Source: Octopus bimaculoides
Taxonomy: Eukaryota
NCBI RefSeq assembly: GCF_001194135.2
Contig: NC_069005.1
Location: 14,647,205-14,711,204 of the forward strand
Length of the DNA: 64,000 nt
Direction: 5' to 3'
This document shows, piece after piece, positions 62,368 to 64,000 of the stretch; the stretch's first letter is position 1, and every line of letters starts with the position of its first letter. A program made the translations under genes and the position numbers. The notes beneath the pieces are model-generated. The model saw nothing but the letters and a program-made list of their open reading frames with translations, ran no database searches and was not told the origin of the DNA.

Positions 62368-64000
62368 ATGGCGGCCTTCGTTCGTGACTTTAACGTCTTA
62401 CAACAAGAACTAGAGAAAACTAAAGAGAGCTTAAAAGATGTGGATGATAACATTAAGAAATTAACCGGTCGCGATCCGACCGAACCAGGTAGGACTGGAC
62501 AGCAGCGAAGAATTCTTTTGGGATTTAACGAGCGTGGTACGACCGACCCGGCTACTACTAATCGGAGCGGTAGAAAACGTGTGCTTCCTGTCGGCAAGTG
62601 GGCTGTTACCGAAGCCGATGCAGGCCCCCGGAAAAAGCGTGGAAACATCGCCAGCAGACTCGGTCCTCGACCCAGCCGATCATCGCAAGACAGCGGTGAT
62701 GCAGATGAAATGGTACGCAAACCATCGGTACCTTCGTCTGTAGTGGCTACATCTAGGGATTCGTTAACTCGTAAAGACATGCTCGATGCCCAAGGTAAAG
62801 ACGAGCGAGGCATGGCAAGGAACAAACGCATGTTCGGCCTTTTGTTGGGAACTTTACAAAAATTTAAAGATGAGGCCAAAGATAAGAAAGATAAACACGA
62901 TCAACGGAAACGAGTGGAGCTGAAGTTAGAAGAAAAAGCTCAACAGGAAAAAGATGAAATTCGTAAAGAACGTGAACTTTTGTTTCAGGTTCGTCGTGAG
63001 AAACAGACTAGGATTCGTTTATTAGAACAAAAAATGGAACTTGTTTCAACACACGAAAAATGTGAAGCAGAAATTCGCAAACTGACAAATTTTATTTGTA
63101 CAAAAACTAAACCGTGCATCTTCTACTTACCGAAGATCCACACACCTGCCACCGAAAGTCGCCTGTCGGAAAGTACCAAAGTGGTGAATGAAATGATCGC
63201 CGAACGACGTCGGCGATTGACAGCCGAGATAAATGAACTTATGGGTCCCTCATCTTTCGCACACTTAGCTGGTGAGGATGAGCATGGCCTGGACATGGAA
63301 GAAGACGACAGTGAAAATATTCCAGCTGGTCCTACAGGGAGAAGAGATGGCGGTGGGGCAGGAAGCGTTGATGGTGACAAACGTTATCCTATTCATTACC
63401 GCGGCAGTTCCGCAGGTAATAAAGACTGGTCAAGGAACAAAGACAAAAAGACATCGTCTAAGAGGTCATCAGGTGGTGGTGGTGGAGGAAATGATCATCA
63501 TCAACATCATCAGGATTCTAAAACTGGTAAACACGGATGGGAGGTACACCGAATGTCAAAATCTTGTAAAGATCAACAGTCACAGCTGCTGCAACAGAGT
63601 TCCACGGCCATTACCTCTTCCACTGCAGTCTCTTCTAAGTCAGTTTCAAATAAATGGCAGTTGTTAATGGAAATGGACAGTGGCTTAGAAGAGGACGAGG
63701 AACGTGTTGTAGTACCCAATACTGCAGCTCCGAACATAAATCTGCCTATGACAACACTACCACCGACGTCGTCATCATCTTCAGCACTTGTAACTCGACA
63801 TGATGAAGATGATGATGATAACGGTGATGACGACGACGAGGAAGAAGAAGAGCGCGATGAACGTGGTGAGGTGGAAGAAGGTGGTGACAAAAGGGAAGTT
63901 TGTATAGAGGAGAATATTAATGGCACCGAGGACAGGCGCCTGGTAGATGCTAGTGGTGTTGCCAGCTGCCGGAGAGTTGTTTTGGCAGCAGATGTTGACG
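62368..64000 (+). CDS. PNN: Pinin; single uninterrupted ORF running off the window end
   Basis: Manual translation is open for 544 codons: LQQELEKTKESLKDVDDNIKKLTGRDP, SSVVAT, RNKRMFGLLLGTLQKFK, RLLEQKMEL, TKTKPCIFYLP match the pinin N-terminal and pinin/SDK/memA domains; then acidic and low-complexity sequence. Confidence 0.95.
   Translation, partial: MAAFVRDFNVLQQELEKTKESLKDVDDNIKKLTGRDPTEPGRTGQQRRILLGFNERGTTDPATTNRSGRKRVLPVGKWAVTEADAGPRKKRGNIASRLGPRPSRSSQDSGDADEMVRKPSVPSSVVATSRDSLTRKDMLDAQGKDERGMARNKRMFGLLLGTLQKFKDEAKDKKDKHDQRKRVELKLEEKAQQEKDEIRKERELLFQVRREKQTRIRLLEQKMELVSTHEKCEAEIRKLTNFICTKTKPCIFYLPKIHTPATESRLSESTKVVNEMIAERRRRLTAEINELMGPSSFAHLAGEDEHGLDMEEDDSENIPAGPTGRRDGGGAGSVDGDKRYPIHYRGSSAGNKDWSRNKDKKTSSKRSSGGGGGGNDHHQHHQDSKTGKHGWEVHRMSKSCKDQQSQLLQQSSTAITSSTAVSSKSVSNKWQLLMEMDSGLEEDEERVVVPNTAAPNINLPMTTLPPTSSSSSALVTRHDEDDDDNGDDDDEEEEERDERGEVEEGGDKREVCIEENINGTEDRRLVDASGVASCRRVVLAADVD

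Noticed and set aside
62358-63926. Minus-strand and alternate-frame ORFs over pinin (173, 85, 131, 117 aa and others)
   Set aside because: Shadows of the pinin coding sequence and its triplet repeats.

Overview
AT-rich, microsatellite- and repeat-dense eukaryotic genomic DNA with several N gaps. The SINE families and (TA)n/(CA)n density suggest a cephalopod such as Octopus; this is an inference from repeat content, not a database result. Three host genes are supported by manual translation and splice-phase checks. (1) A three-exon MADF/BESS-type transcription factor on + (8647-25553, 348 aa, 13-kb first intron). (2) Mitochondrial ribosomal protein MRPL51 on - (coding exons 45576-45330, 41496-41386, 39431-39211; 192 aa). 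(3) Pinin on +, from 62368, open and intron-free for 544 codons to the window edge; the ORF track omits it. A probable bidirectional promoter near 48500-48770 serves MRPL51 and a + strand spliced transcript. The remainder is mostly transposon remnants: a Tc1 with DD36E spacing, mariner, two DD37D maT elements, hAT, piggyBac-like and hAT MITEs, RTE/L1-Tx1/CRE/Hero-like LINE fragments, Penelope-like elements and several tRNA-derived SINE families. The most unusual observations are the intronless pinin with an altered RSB motif, a 2.7-kb nested foldback with telomere-like repeats in the MADF intron, a Penelope copy with an inverted endonuclease duplication and a minimal hammerhead ribozyme, a PHD-like finger inside an RTE reverse transcriptase, and the DD36E Tc1. 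I found no CRISPR, rRNA or true tRNA gene, and no clear wholly new multi-gene system.
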